Positions 1 through 9,018 of a stretch of DNA of 43,175 bases are shown here, piece after piece. A model generated the notes under the pieces. That model saw only the letters and a program-made list of their open reading frames with translations, did not search any database and had not been told where the DNA came from. The translations under genes and the position numbers were made by a program. Position 1 is the stretch's first letter, and the number at the start of each line of letters is the position of its first letter. This DNA comes from Chitinophagaceae bacterium (GTDB lineage Bacteria; Bacteroidota; Bacteroidia; Chitinophagales; Chitinophagaceae): positions 1 to 43,175 of the forward strand of contig DATJGC010000068.1 of the NCBI GenBank assembly GCA_035495345.1. Direction: 5' to 3'.

Positions 1-597
1 CAATGCAAGCAGCCCAAAGGCAGCCATTACAAAAAATACATTTTCATAACGCGTGGCCGTCATCAGCGCAGCCCAGGCAGCGGCCCGCCAGTAATGCTGC
101 CGGTCTTTTGCCTGCAGCAAGCAGGCGATACTATGCACAAAGAAAAGTGTAAACGCTATTTGCAGTGTATGTTCCATGCCCAGCAATGTAAGCGCGGGTA
201 TGGCACCGGTAAGCAAGGTGGCCAGCATGCAAAGCACCTGGTTATTGGTGCTTAAACGGCTGTGCGTGGCCAATTCTTTTTGAATGGCAATGATGATAAG
301 AACCGTTCCGATACTACTGATCAGCAGCGGCATCAACAGCTTTACAGAAAATAGTTTAAAGAAGAGGGCAAGCACAATGGTAAACAAAGGCGAAGAAGAG
401 GTAGAAACAAAGCCGGAGGGGGTGATACCCCAGTTGCCGTGCAGGGCCAGGTTTTTAGAAACAGCCATATGAATGAAGGTATCATCCAGCGGGTAGCAGA
501 AATGGCCGTTTGTTTTTTTCAGAGCAAGGTATTCTACGGCTGCTACCGTAAGCGCCACAAATAATAAACCGGATAAAAGCGGAAGGTATTTTTTCAT
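1..597 (-). CDS. Polytopic membrane protein, N-terminal part only (the gene runs off the left edge). Possibly a lipid-linked-sugar (GT-C-like) transferase.
   Basis: It is absent from the ORF track because it has no in-window stop. I hand-translated the reverse strand from the ATG at 597-595 down to about position 380 and found no stop; a quicker read of the rest down to position 1 also showed none. The translation reads MKKYLPLLSGLLFVALTVAAVEYLALKKTNGHFCYPLDDTFIHMAVSKNLALHGNWGITPSGF... It has alternating hydrophobic segments. It lies on the same strand, 55 nt downstream of the TolC-like gene. Confidence 0.6.
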   Translation of the reverse strand, partial: MKKYLPLLSGLLFVALTVAAVEYLALKKTNGHFCYPLDDTFIHMAVSKNLALHGNWGITPSGFVSTSSSPLFTIVLALFFKLFSVKLLMPLLISSIGTVLIIIAIQKELATHSRLSTNNQVLCMLATLLTGAIPALTLLGMEHTLQIAFTLFFVHSIACLLQAKDRQHYWRAAAWAALMTATRYENVFFVMAAFGLLAL

Positions 598-652
598 GCC
601 AGCAAATGGGAAAGGGGGTAAATAGCATTGTAAGGCAGCGTCAGCCGCCTTT

Positions 653-1381
653 TTATTTTTTTAGCAGGTCGTCCATGGATATACCAATCATTGATTCCAG
701 CTCAAGCTTTATCACATTGTAATTGCGGAGGTATTCTGCCTGTTTAATTTTTTCGTCTGTGTATCCCCGGTAGCTCTTATTATAATCTTCCTGTTTAATA
801 GCACCTTCCTGGAAATCTTTCTCCGCAGCAAGATAGGCGGTGCGTGCATCCTGGGTAACCTGGCTTTGCCCGTCTAATTTTTGCTGGCACAAAAGATAGT
901 CTTCATATTTGGTAAGTACCTGTGCTTTTATTTCACGGAAGCGTTGGTTCTTCTCTGCCTGTGCAATGGAAAGATTTTCTTTGGCAATTTTTACGTCATT
1001 TTTCTTTGCGCTGAACATATCAAAGGGAATGTTGGCACCAATATTATACCTGGGGTAAAATGAGCCCGGGCTGGTAACCCTTCCTGTAATCGGGTCAGTG
1101 GTGCTTCCTTTTAAAGAAAGTTCATTGAGGTTTCCCTGCACGCCAATGGCATTCAGCCAGCTGCCCTTGGCTTTTTTTACCTGGTAGGCAGCAATCATCA
1201 CCTTTCGGTCTGCTATTTCATAGTTGGGGTTTTGCAGTGCCAGCTGAACTAATTTCTCGCGGATGTCCATCATTTTATCTGTCGTTAATGGTCGTACAGA
1301 ACTGATGGGTTCCGGCTTTTTATTCTGAATAGCCTGGGCCATTGCGGGTGCTGCCGTCACTACCATCAGCATTGCCATTAT
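653..1381 (-). CDS. Half-size TolC/OEP-family outer-membrane protein (single OEP repeat)
   Basis: This is ORF 653..1435. I prefer the internal start at 1381 (MAMLMVVTAAPAMAQ, signal-peptide-like), which removes the 44-nt overlap with the upstream gene. REKLVQLALQNPNYEIADRKVMIAAYQVKKAKGSWLNAIGVQGNL and the later coiled-coil stretch look like one outer-membrane-efflux-protein repeat. At about 240 aa it is roughly half a canonical TolC. Confidence 0.6.
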   Translation of the reverse strand: MMAMLMVVTAAPAMAQAIQNKKPEPISSVRPLTTDKMMDIREKLVQLALQNPNYEIADRKVMIAAYQVKKAKGSWLNAIGVQGNLNELSLKGSTTDPITGRVTSPGSFYPRYNIGANIPFDMFSAKKNDVKIAKENLSIAQAEKNQRFREIKAQVLTKYEDYLLCQQKLDGQSQVTQDARTAYLAAEKDFQEGAIKQEDYNKSYRGYTDEKIKQAEYLRNYNVIKLELESMIGISMDDLLKK

Positions 1382-1391
1382 ACCGTGTCTG

Positions 1392-2897
1392 TTAAACAAT
1401 CCCTGCCTCAGGGTTATCCAGCTTTTTTGTATCATATTCTTTTAATTTATAGAAAATAACTAAGGTAGCGAGGTAAAAAAGATATTGTGGGTATTGTGAA
1501 ATGCCCAGCTGAGAGTATTGTCCTACGGTGAGTGAAAAGAAACAAACCGTAAAGGCAATGTACAGTGTTTTAATTTCCTGTTTCCTGGAATCATAAAACC
1601 CACTGATACCCCGCTGCAAAATGATGAAGTAGAAAATGATATTGATGGCAAGGCCTATCCAACCCTGTTCAAGCATGATCTTCATGTAGCCGCTGTCTGG
1701 CGGATAGCCGGCCAGCCGGTGGGTAGGGTAAAACTTCAATCCTTCCTCGCCGCAACTTTGCAGGCCGCCGCCAAGCGGTCGCTCGTAAATATAGGGTTGA
1801 ATATTTTTCCGGTTTACATCGCGCACCATATTGGAAGGCTCTTTGCTGCCCTCAAAGGTGGTTTTGATGCGAAAGATGACGGGTGAATTGCGCAGCGGTC
1901 CAAACAACAGGAACAATGCCATGGCAATAGAGCTGAACAATACAATGACGGTTCTGCGTTCGTTAATGGTAAAAATTATATAGGCCAGCAACCCTGCTAT
2001 CAGCATTACATTGCAGGTACGCGTACCTGAATAACTGGAGGCTATAATCTGCAGGAATGTAACAATGTACATTCTTGTTCTGATCTTTTTGATTGGCGTG
2101 CGGATGGCCAGCACCAACGTAAACAAGGCACTGGAAGTACACATTACCCCAAACGCGGCAGGGTCTGGCAGCAGCGAGAATTTGCGAAACATACCACCCT
2201 GGAACAACAGATTGGTGGTATTAGGATCGCTGTGTATCCATGCATCTTCAAAAGCGGTAAAACCAAAGTATTGTTGTTTAATGCCCCAGAGTGCTACACC
2301 GGTTGCGAGTATCACCCACAGGGTAACAAAACGCCTGATCTTTTCCATAGAATCAAGCATGATAAAACTGGCATAATAAAACAGGAGGTATAGAATTTGT
2401 TTCTGAAAAAAGTTCCACCAGCCGCCAATATTTTCTATTTCCGGATTGAACGCTTCCATTGCCAGGTAAAAAAACAGCAAGAGCATCATGATGGAAATGG
2501 GCGTTCGCCAGAATTGCGTGCTGTTGGTACGCTTACGGTACTGCGATGCCATTACTGAGAGTATGCAGAGATAACCGGTACCCGGTATGAGCACACCCAA
2601 TGGAAGGGCAACGCCAAACAGGCGCGCCGGCAGCGTAAAAATGATGATAGAGTAGAGGTACGCGTAATAAGAAAACTCCGGGTAATACAAACAGGCCAGT
2701 ATAAAGATGATACCAATGCCCGCGCCGGCCACCATTAACGGAATCTTCTCATCGAAAGTGGCGCCCACATAGGAGAGGGCAATGCCTACCAATGCCATCA
2801 CAATCCAGCCTGGCACAGAGTTCATACGCCGGGTAAAGAATACTTCTTTTGCCCAGCCCAGCATTGAAACACGTATATTTTTTATTGCACCCGCCAC
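1392..2897 (-). CDS. O-antigen ligase / Wzy-like polysaccharide polymerase family membrane protein
   Basis: 501 aa with at least 10 hydrophobic helices. It has a SSYSGTRTCNVMLIAGLL-type segment typical of Wzy_C/O-antigen ligase domains, followed by a large loop. It sits in a polysaccharide locus. Confidence 0.7.
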   Translation of the reverse strand: MAGAIKNIRVSMLGWAKEVFFTRRMNSVPGWIVMALVGIALSYVGATFDEKIPLMVAGAGIGIIFILACLYYPEFSYYAYLYSIIIFTLPARLFGVALPLGVLIPGTGYLCILSVMASQYRKRTNSTQFWRTPISIMMLLLFFYLAMEAFNPEIENIGGWWNFFQKQILYLLFYYASFIMLDSMEKIRRFVTLWVILATGVALWGIKQQYFGFTAFEDAWIHSDPNTTNLLFQGGMFRKFSLLPDPAAFGVMCTSSALFTLVLAIRTPIKKIRTRMYIVTFLQIIASSYSGTRTCNVMLIAGLLAYIIFTINERRTVIVLFSSIAMALFLLFGPLRNSPVIFRIKTTFEGSKEPSNMVRDVNRKNIQPYIYERPLGGGLQSCGEEGLKFYPTHRLAGYPPDSGYMKIMLEQGWIGLAINIIFYFIILQRGISGFYDSRKQEIKTLYIAFTVCFFSLTVGQYSQLGISQYPQYLFYLATLVIFYKLKEYDTKKLDNPEAGIV

Positions 2898-2946
2898 TAT
2901 AATTAATTATTTTATCACGGCTATTTGCCTTGCGGCAGTAAGTCCG

Positions 2947-4152
2947 CTATACCTTGTCTGCCACTTTTGTCTTAGCCCCAGTTTCTTCTAAAGATAAGCC
3001 CCACCCGGTTTTACTCTTTATAAAATTTTTGAGCTGTGTGGGCCAGCTATGGTCCATACAGGGTTTCTCTACCAGCAAATAAAATACCGGTACAATCAGC
3101 AGGAGGCAAAGCATAAAAAAGCCAATGTACACAAAGAACCAGGCCAGGCTATTGGGTGCGCCGGGTACCAGTCTTAACAGCAATTCAATGCTTGCCTGTG
3201 CAATGGCCAGGTGCAGCAGGTAAATACTGTAGCACATACCGCCAATGGCCATTATCCAGGGGCGTTTCATAAACCTGTTAAAGGCACCGGAGCGAAAGGC
3301 ACCTACAAACAGGGTTACCAATGCTATTACAAATAAAACAGTTTTACCAAAGCCTGTTACCCACCTGAAACCAATCATGCTGAAGATGGCAATGGTTGCT
3401 GCCACATCCCACACCCAGGTATAGCTGCCCGGCTTTAGCTTTTCTTCCAGGTAAAGATTCACCATTAAAATACCTACCATAAAATATTGCAGCTGGCCGA
3501 GTATGGTATACCGGAGTACGTTGAACCCGTTGGATATACCGGTTTGCTCCTGCATAAAAATCATGAACAATATAATGGCCACAATGACAATATTGCGGTG
3601 CGCAAATTTTTTAATACCAAAGATGAAGTAGGTAATAAAGGGGGCAACAATGTAAAATTGTATTTCTACTTCCAGGCTCCAGATAACCGGGTTAAGGGTG
3701 TTAAAGTGTTTGTATACCAGTGTTGAACTGTAGGTAATGCCAGTAAAGAAATACCCAAGGGATTCTGCGGTACTTAATTTATGCAGAACAATGGCCGAGA
3801 TGGCCAGCAACAGCATTACCAGAATGTAGGGCGGCTCCAGGCGGGTAAGGCGCCGCATAAAATAAGTTTTGAGGCTTCCCATGGGTTTGTCTGACAGCCT
3901 TTTTATGGCAAAGGGCAGCGGCAGTATAAACCCGCTGATGGCGTAGAAAAGATATACGCCCACGCCGCCGCCAAGGGCGTAGTTGATGAGGCTATCGCCG
4001 AGGGCAGAAGACCCGGGCGTATACGCATTACGGTACCATCTTTCTACGCAATGCTGAATTACCACGGGCACAATGGCCAGGAAACGGAGACCCTCCAGTT
4101 CCTGCACTATTTTGCCTTTGGCTTTGCGTTCAAAATATTGTATCAGATTCAT
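2947..4152 (-). CDS. Acyltransferase family 3 (AT3, OafA/WecH-like membrane O-acyltransferase)
   Basis: 401 aa and polytopic. The N-terminal LEGLRFLAIVPVVIQHC matches the AT3 signature (RxxxA..V...H). Confidence 0.8.
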   Translation of the reverse strand: MNLIQYFERKAKGKIVQELEGLRFLAIVPVVIQHCVERWYRNAYTPGSSALGDSLINYALGGGVGVYLFYAISGFILPLPFAIKRLSDKPMGSLKTYFMRRLTRLEPPYILVMLLLAISAIVLHKLSTAESLGYFFTGITYSSTLVYKHFNTLNPVIWSLEVEIQFYIVAPFITYFIFGIKKFAHRNIVIVAIILFMIFMQEQTGISNGFNVLRYTILGQLQYFMVGILMVNLYLEEKLKPGSYTWVWDVAATIAIFSMIGFRWVTGFGKTVLFVIALVTLFVGAFRSGAFNRFMKRPWIMAIGGMCYSIYLLHLAIAQASIELLLRLVPGAPNSLAWFFVYIGFFMLCLLLIVPVFYLLVEKPCMDHSWPTQLKNFIKSKTGWGLSLEETGAKTKVADKV

Positions 4153-4286
4153 AATAGGGTGTGCTTAAGGGTAACGGATATTGCACGGGTAGTTAATCAA
4201 ATAAAAATTTATAAAACATAAAAGAGCAGAAAGCCAGCAAAAACAATGTGGCAATCACGCGCATAATCTTGTTTTCCAGGTGTTGC

Positions 4287-5513
4287 TCATCCATGGTGCT
4301 TTGTTTTTACTGCGTGGTAGGCATCACCCAGCATCCCGATACTCTCTTCCCAGGTGTGCTTTAATGCAAACTCTTGTCTGCTACGTTTTATTGTATCATT
4401 ATCGGCAATTTGCCGGTTGTTGATGATAAATTCAATCTTTTCAGCGTATTCTGCGGGTGTATTGCATAAATAACAATGATCTGCAAACATCTTCATACCC
4501 TCTGTGGCGGTGGCCACCAGGGGTTTGCCCATGGCCAGGTACTCATCTGCCTTGCGCGGGTAATTGCCGCGGGTAACATCGTTTACAATCTGCGGGTTGA
4601 TGCACACATCAAACTGCCTGATATAATGTACCAGTACTGCGGGTGGTTTGCCACCCAGGAAATGAACGTTTTTCAGGTGCGCAAGCTTGTCTTTTTTAAA
4701 CATCCAGTCCACCGGCCCCACCAGCACAATATTATACGCAGGAAAGCGCTCGGCTATATGCTTTATAATGTCAATATCTATCCGCCAGGCACTTACAAAA
4801 CCGGTGTATCCTATGATGGGGTGGCTTATGGTTGCCAGGTCTTCCGGCACCGTATCGCCCGGTTCAAGAAAAGCGCTGAAATCACATCCCTGCCCTATAT
4901 AAAAACTATTCGGGTTCTGCTGCCTTGCATAGTTGGCCAGGTACTCAGAATTAGCCACCACCATATCTGCTTTTTGCATGACCCCTTTTTCCAGTCTCGG
5001 ACCATGACGTTTAAAGAAATCTACCGCCAGCATATAATCCCTGATGTAAAAGATATAGTCGCTGCATGCAATCATTTCTTTTAAATAGAAGCCCCTGATA
5101 AAGTCATTGTCGTTCATCAGTAAAACATTGCTGAACTGAAGGGTGGCAATGGTCTTGTTTATTTCACGGGTAAGTTTTTTGCTGTTGTGTTTATTGAGCC
5201 AATCGTGCAGCCCTGCAAAAGGAATTCTATTAATGGATTCCATCATTACGCGCGGGTTGTGTACCCAGATATTCGGCGCTACCTGTTCTATTTCATGAAT
5301 GCCTTTTCTTATGCTCAGCAGCCTTGCGGTAGTGGCCGCATCGTTTTTGTTTTTACGAAGGCTGCTTCGGTCAAGCGCACGGTTGATAAACAGTACCCGG
5401 TTTTTCTTTGCCAGTTCCAGGGCCATGTCTTTGAAATTGCTGCCAATCTCGGTGTCCCATGATTGAAAGCTGAACATAACAATATCCCTGTTACTGATAA
5501 AATGATGGTTCAT
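4287..5513 (-). CDS. Glycosyltransferase, GT1/GT4-like (GT-B fold)
   Basis: 408 aa and soluble. The C-terminal half has GGKPPAVLVHY...PRKADEYLAMGKPLVATA, an E-x7-E-like nucleotide-sugar-binding region. Confidence 0.75.
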   Translation of the reverse strand: MNHHFISNRDIVMFSFQSWDTEIGSNFKDMALELAKKNRVLFINRALDRSSLRKNKNDAATTARLLSIRKGIHEIEQVAPNIWVHNPRVMMESINRIPFAGLHDWLNKHNSKKLTREINKTIATLQFSNVLLMNDNDFIRGFYLKEMIACSDYIFYIRDYMLAVDFFKRHGPRLEKGVMQKADMVVANSEYLANYARQQNPNSFYIGQGCDFSAFLEPGDTVPEDLATISHPIIGYTGFVSAWRIDIDIIKHIAERFPAYNIVLVGPVDWMFKKDKLAHLKNVHFLGGKPPAVLVHYIRQFDVCINPQIVNDVTRGNYPRKADEYLAMGKPLVATATEGMKMFADHCYLCNTPAEYAEKIEFIINNRQIADNDTIKRSRQEFALKHTWEESIGMLGDAYHAVKTKHHG

Positions 5514-5531
5514 AAGGTAGCCGGTTACGGG

Positions 5532-6674
5532 TTAAGCAGTTTTCATGGTTTTCATACTAACAAAATGCGCTATTTCAGCATCTGGTTTTTTTAGCGAGAA
5601 CAGCCACCAGGCTCCCAGCCGTATACATACATTGTACACAAAAATGGGTATCACAACGCCCAGTGAAATAGCAATAAACATGATCAAGGGTATGTTCTCT
5701 ATATGAAAGAATTTCACCAGCACAATGCGCACGGCGGCAATCAGCATCAGGTGCATCAGGTAGATATAAAGTGAATGGTAGCCGATCACCCTTAACCATT
5801 TTAGCATGTCTTTTCTCTGCAGCCATTGTCCTATCTGAATCATAAACGCACAGCCGCTGAGCGAGATGGGCAGAAACAGCCAGGGCATATTGATGTGGAT
5901 ATAATTATCATCTCCATTGCGCATGTTGATAATAGTAAAGACTGCCTGCATGGCCACACAAAAAAGTGCAGACAGCAGCAGCCAGGCCGGCGATAATATT
6001 TTGTCAGTGGTTTCTTTTTTAAAGATGAAGGCAGAAATAATATCTCCAATGCAGAAGTAAATATAGAAATGAAAGATATCAGGGAAAATGTAAAAGCTGA
6101 TGCCCTTATTGCCCATGTAACCGGCAATGCTGTAGAGTATCAGTCCTAATACTACCTGCTGCCATAATTTAAACCGAAGGGCTACTTTGAAAAATGCATA
6201 TATGGCGCCTACAAAAAACAAGGCATTTAGATACCAGAATTGCTGGTTGTTGCTGGGGTTGCGCGGATAAATGATGAGGTTGATATAATCAAAAGGAACG
6301 GGCCTTGCATTTACATAATCTTTCAGCGCCAGTTGCAGCGTAATTTGGAGAGAGCCCCAAACCAGCAAGGGGTAAAAGATGATGCTAAAGCGGCCCCAGG
6401 TATACTCACGCAGGCTTTTTTTAAGCAGGCTGCGAGATACAAACAACCCTGAAACAATAAAGAATAGCGGCATACGGAAACTATAAAAACAAACATTCAG
6501 TACCTGCAATACCGGGTAATCGTTTACCGCCAGCCGGGCCTCTTTTAATCCGTCAAAACAATGGCGGTAACAAACAAGAATGATGCAAATACCTCGCACG
6601 TAATCTATCCAGGCAAGCCGGTTGCTTGCCAGTACGTATTTTGAGTTAAACAGATCTTTGAACAATTTTATCAA
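5532..6674 (-). CDS. Acyltransferase family 3 (second AT3 O-acyltransferase)
   Basis: 380 aa and polytopic. It has the AT3 signature RLAWIDYVRGICIILVCYRHC. Confidence 0.8.
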   Translation of the reverse strand: MIKLFKDLFNSKYVLASNRLAWIDYVRGICIILVCYRHCFDGLKEARLAVNDYPVLQVLNVCFYSFRMPLFFIVSGLFVSRSLLKKSLREYTWGRFSIIFYPLLVWGSLQITLQLALKDYVNARPVPFDYINLIIYPRNPSNNQQFWYLNALFFVGAIYAFFKVALRFKLWQQVVLGLILYSIAGYMGNKGISFYIFPDIFHFYIYFCIGDIISAFIFKKETTDKILSPAWLLLSALFCVAMQAVFTIINMRNGDDNYIHINMPWLFLPISLSGCAFMIQIGQWLQRKDMLKWLRVIGYHSLYIYLMHLMLIAAVRIVLVKFFHIENIPLIMFIAISLGVVIPIFVYNVCIRLGAWWLFSLKKPDAEIAHFVSMKTMKTA

Positions 6675-6825
6675 GGTTTAAGGTTTAACGGTATAGTGAT
6701 GTACACAGGGCAGTGTTTACGTTTTGTAAACACAGGATTGTAAGCGCTACACAGGCAACCAATTATTTGATAAAAAAACAACAGCAACACAGGCACGATG
6801 TCAACAGGGATTATACAGATCTGTA

Positions 6826-9018
6826 TTACATATCAACATTGTCTTCTTCTACTTCATTTAACACGGCGCCGATCAACTTTTCTTTTTGGCTTTTCAGGAA
6901 CAGGATAGAATCTTTATCTGTCTGGCGGATAACAGATTTGGCTGAGAAAACAGCAATGACTGCCTCGGCATACTTCATCAGTTCTTTGGTATCTGCATGA
7001 AGGTTGAGTGAGGCACCTTCCATGAGTATATAATCATACTTACCACTCAGTTTTGGCAGGTTTTCCAGCAAATTATTTTTTTGCAGTACTTCATCGGGCG
7101 AATACAAGGTTTCCTTGCAACCAATGATGTCTACATATTTAATCTTGGTAGGGGTGTTTACCGCGGCCAGTTTCTCCATGCTGTTGGGCTCACCGTTAAG
7201 ACTAAACTGGTCAAGCATGGGCTTTGCATCAAATTTCTCTGTGAGGGTGTTGTTAGAAAAATTGGTATCAATCAGCAAAACTCTCTTCTTGGTAAGACTG
7301 AAACTGTTGGCAAGTGATTCAATGATAGTAGACTTTCCTTCGCCCGGTTTGGTGCTGGTAAACAGGATGATTTTTTTACCGCTGGTTTCTATTTCATATC
7401 GCAGCTTGCGCAGGTTTTCTACGTACACAAATTCCTTGTCGGCTACCGCTGAATCGTCAATCGCAAAATAATCTTCCACGGTTTTCGTCTTCAGGTCTAT
7501 GCGGTTTACAATGGCCAGCAGCCGGAGGTTTACCAGCTTGTTAAAAATAGAAGGGGCGCGCACAGACTGGTCTAAGAAATCCATGATAATAATCCAGAGA
7601 GAGGATACCATCAATGCAGCAATGGCGCCTACACCAATGATCACTTTTCTGCCAGAGCGCTCTGGTTTAATGGCGGGCTGACCTACCAGTGTTTGTTTAA
7701 AATTGATTTCCGGTGCCACGGTTACATTTAACGCATTCTGCAGCTGGCCGGTCATCTGGTTGTATTCTGTATTTAAACGGTCAATTTCTTTTTGCATGGC
7801 ATCTGCCATTACATCTGCGCCCGCGCCGCTGGTGGCCAGGTTATTATAGTTGTTTACACTGGCCTGTAGGGAGGCAATGGTTGTATTCTGGGCCTCTATA
7901 TCATTCTGTATTTTGATGCGCTGAGATATCAGCTCTTCCCGTTTCTTTCTTTTGTCTGTTCTGTCTGTGTTGTTGTTGGAGCTGGGTTGCAGCCGGTTGA
8001 TCTTGTTCTGGTTGTCTGCTATCTGTGCTTCAATTACAGGGTCTACACCACCTTTCTTGGTAAGTTCTGCGGCCAGGTCGCGGTTCTTTTGCTGCAGTGC
8101 AATCAGTTCGCTGTTATTGGCCGGGGCAGATTCGGTTACGGAGCCCAGGTTATCCAGGTTCTGGTTTACAGAGCGCAGGTCTGCGTTCAAGCTGTTGAGT
8201 TTGCCACGCGCTTCAGACAGCTTGGATTGCTCTTCTTTCACCATCTCCAGCGCGGCGGTACTGCGGTCGTTGATATTGGGCGAGTTAAAAGATTTCTTAT
8301 AATCTGCCAGTTGTTGTGTTTTTTCTGTAATCTCTTTGCGTTTGCGAGCCGCCAGCGTATCCAATCTGCCGGCAGATTCTTCTGTACGCGTGGAGGTAAT
8401 GCTGGTAAAAAAAGAAATAAATTCTTTACCAATGGTGTTTACCACAAAGGCAGACATTTCCGGGTTCTGAGATTTGTAGATGATATTCAGGTAGTCTGTG
8501 CCGGTAACACGGTCAACCGTTAATTCGTCCAGGATAGATTCGTTATCGTATTGATAGAGCTGTATCAGCTGGTATACCTTGTTTTCTTCCTTATCGTAGG
8601 CTTTCAAGATTTCTTTTTTTGCCTTCTTCTCTTCCAGGATCTGTCTGGCCTTTTCAAGGTTTACTTCGGTGTATTCCTTTTTGCTCTTTTCCTTTTCTGT
8701 AAGGGTGGTGTAGGGCATCTTGCTGGTGAGATCATGCAGCATCAGATCATAAGAAAGCATGCAGATAACCACGGGAGATTTAAACGTTTCTATTACATTC
8801 TTAAAGCGCTGGTCTATCTCAAAAATGTTCAACCCTTCGTCGGTGGTCATTTTTACCTGCTGCTTCATGGTAAACCCGGTAGAATAGGTAGCCGCAGAGA
8901 GGTACATATTCTTCTTGGTAAAGGTAAAAAGCAGGGCTGCCAGCAGACCGGCCACCGTACAGATGATGATCACCCATTTTTTACGGAGGAGGGCATTGAC
9001 AAAAAACATTAAATCCAT
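6826..9018 (-). CDS. Wzc/GumC-like polysaccharide co-polymerase with a divergent BY-kinase-like C-terminal P-loop domain
   Basis: 730 aa. It has an N-terminal TM helix, a long Q/N/E-rich coiled-coil periplasmic region and a second TM helix (VIIGVGAIAALMVSSLWIIIM). Walker A is FTSTKPGEGKST. The Walker A-prime and Walker B positions read LLIDTNFSNN and YILMEGAS, not the canonical DxDxR and DxxP. There is no C-terminal Tyr cluster. Confidence 0.8.
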   Translation of the reverse strand: MDLMFFVNALLRKKWVIIICTVAGLLAALLFTFTKKNMYLSAATYSTGFTMKQQVKMTTDEGLNIFEIDQRFKNVIETFKSPVVICMLSYDLMLHDLTSKMPYTTLTEKEKSKKEYTEVNLEKARQILEEKKAKKEILKAYDKEENKVYQLIQLYQYDNESILDELTVDRVTGTDYLNIIYKSQNPEMSAFVVNTIGKEFISFFTSITSTRTEESAGRLDTLAARKRKEITEKTQQLADYKKSFNSPNINDRSTAALEMVKEEQSKLSEARGKLNSLNADLRSVNQNLDNLGSVTESAPANNSELIALQQKNRDLAAELTKKGGVDPVIEAQIADNQNKINRLQPSSNNNTDRTDKRKKREELISQRIKIQNDIEAQNTTIASLQASVNNYNNLATSGAGADVMADAMQKEIDRLNTEYNQMTGQLQNALNVTVAPEINFKQTLVGQPAIKPERSGRKVIIGVGAIAALMVSSLWIIIMDFLDQSVRAPSIFNKLVNLRLLAIVNRIDLKTKTVEDYFAIDDSAVADKEFVYVENLRKLRYEIETSGKKIILFTSTKPGEGKSTIIESLANSFSLTKKRVLLIDTNFSNNTLTEKFDAKPMLDQFSLNGEPNSMEKLAAVNTPTKIKYVDIIGCKETLYSPDEVLQKNNLLENLPKLSGKYDYILMEGASLNLHADTKELMKYAEAVIAVFSAKSVIRQTDKDSILFLKSQKEKLIGAVLNEVEEDNVDM

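Noticed and set aside
631-662. A hairpin, aaggc...gcctt, followed by a T-run on the plus strand, considered as a terminator.
   Set aside because: No plus-strand gene ends here. On the minus strand (the coding strand) it is not followed by a U-tract, and the next gene continues the operon 55 nt later.
4476-5084. Long antisense shadow ORFs: 4476-5084, 7987-8523, 8551-9012, 12964-13617, 30236-30733, 32535-33095 and 33444-34109.
   Set aside because: Each lies fully inside a confidently assigned gene on the other strand (GT1, Wzc, GT2, GT-C-like, GT2, recG). Their translations are low-complexity or Arg/Cys-rich with no family motifs.
6813-6826. A 14-bp perfect palindrome, ATACAGATCTGTAT, overlapping the Wzc stop codon. 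I considered it as a terminator or operator.
   Set aside because: As RNA it gives only a ~5-bp stem with a tiny loop and no adjacent U-tract. It is a single occurrence and could be chance.
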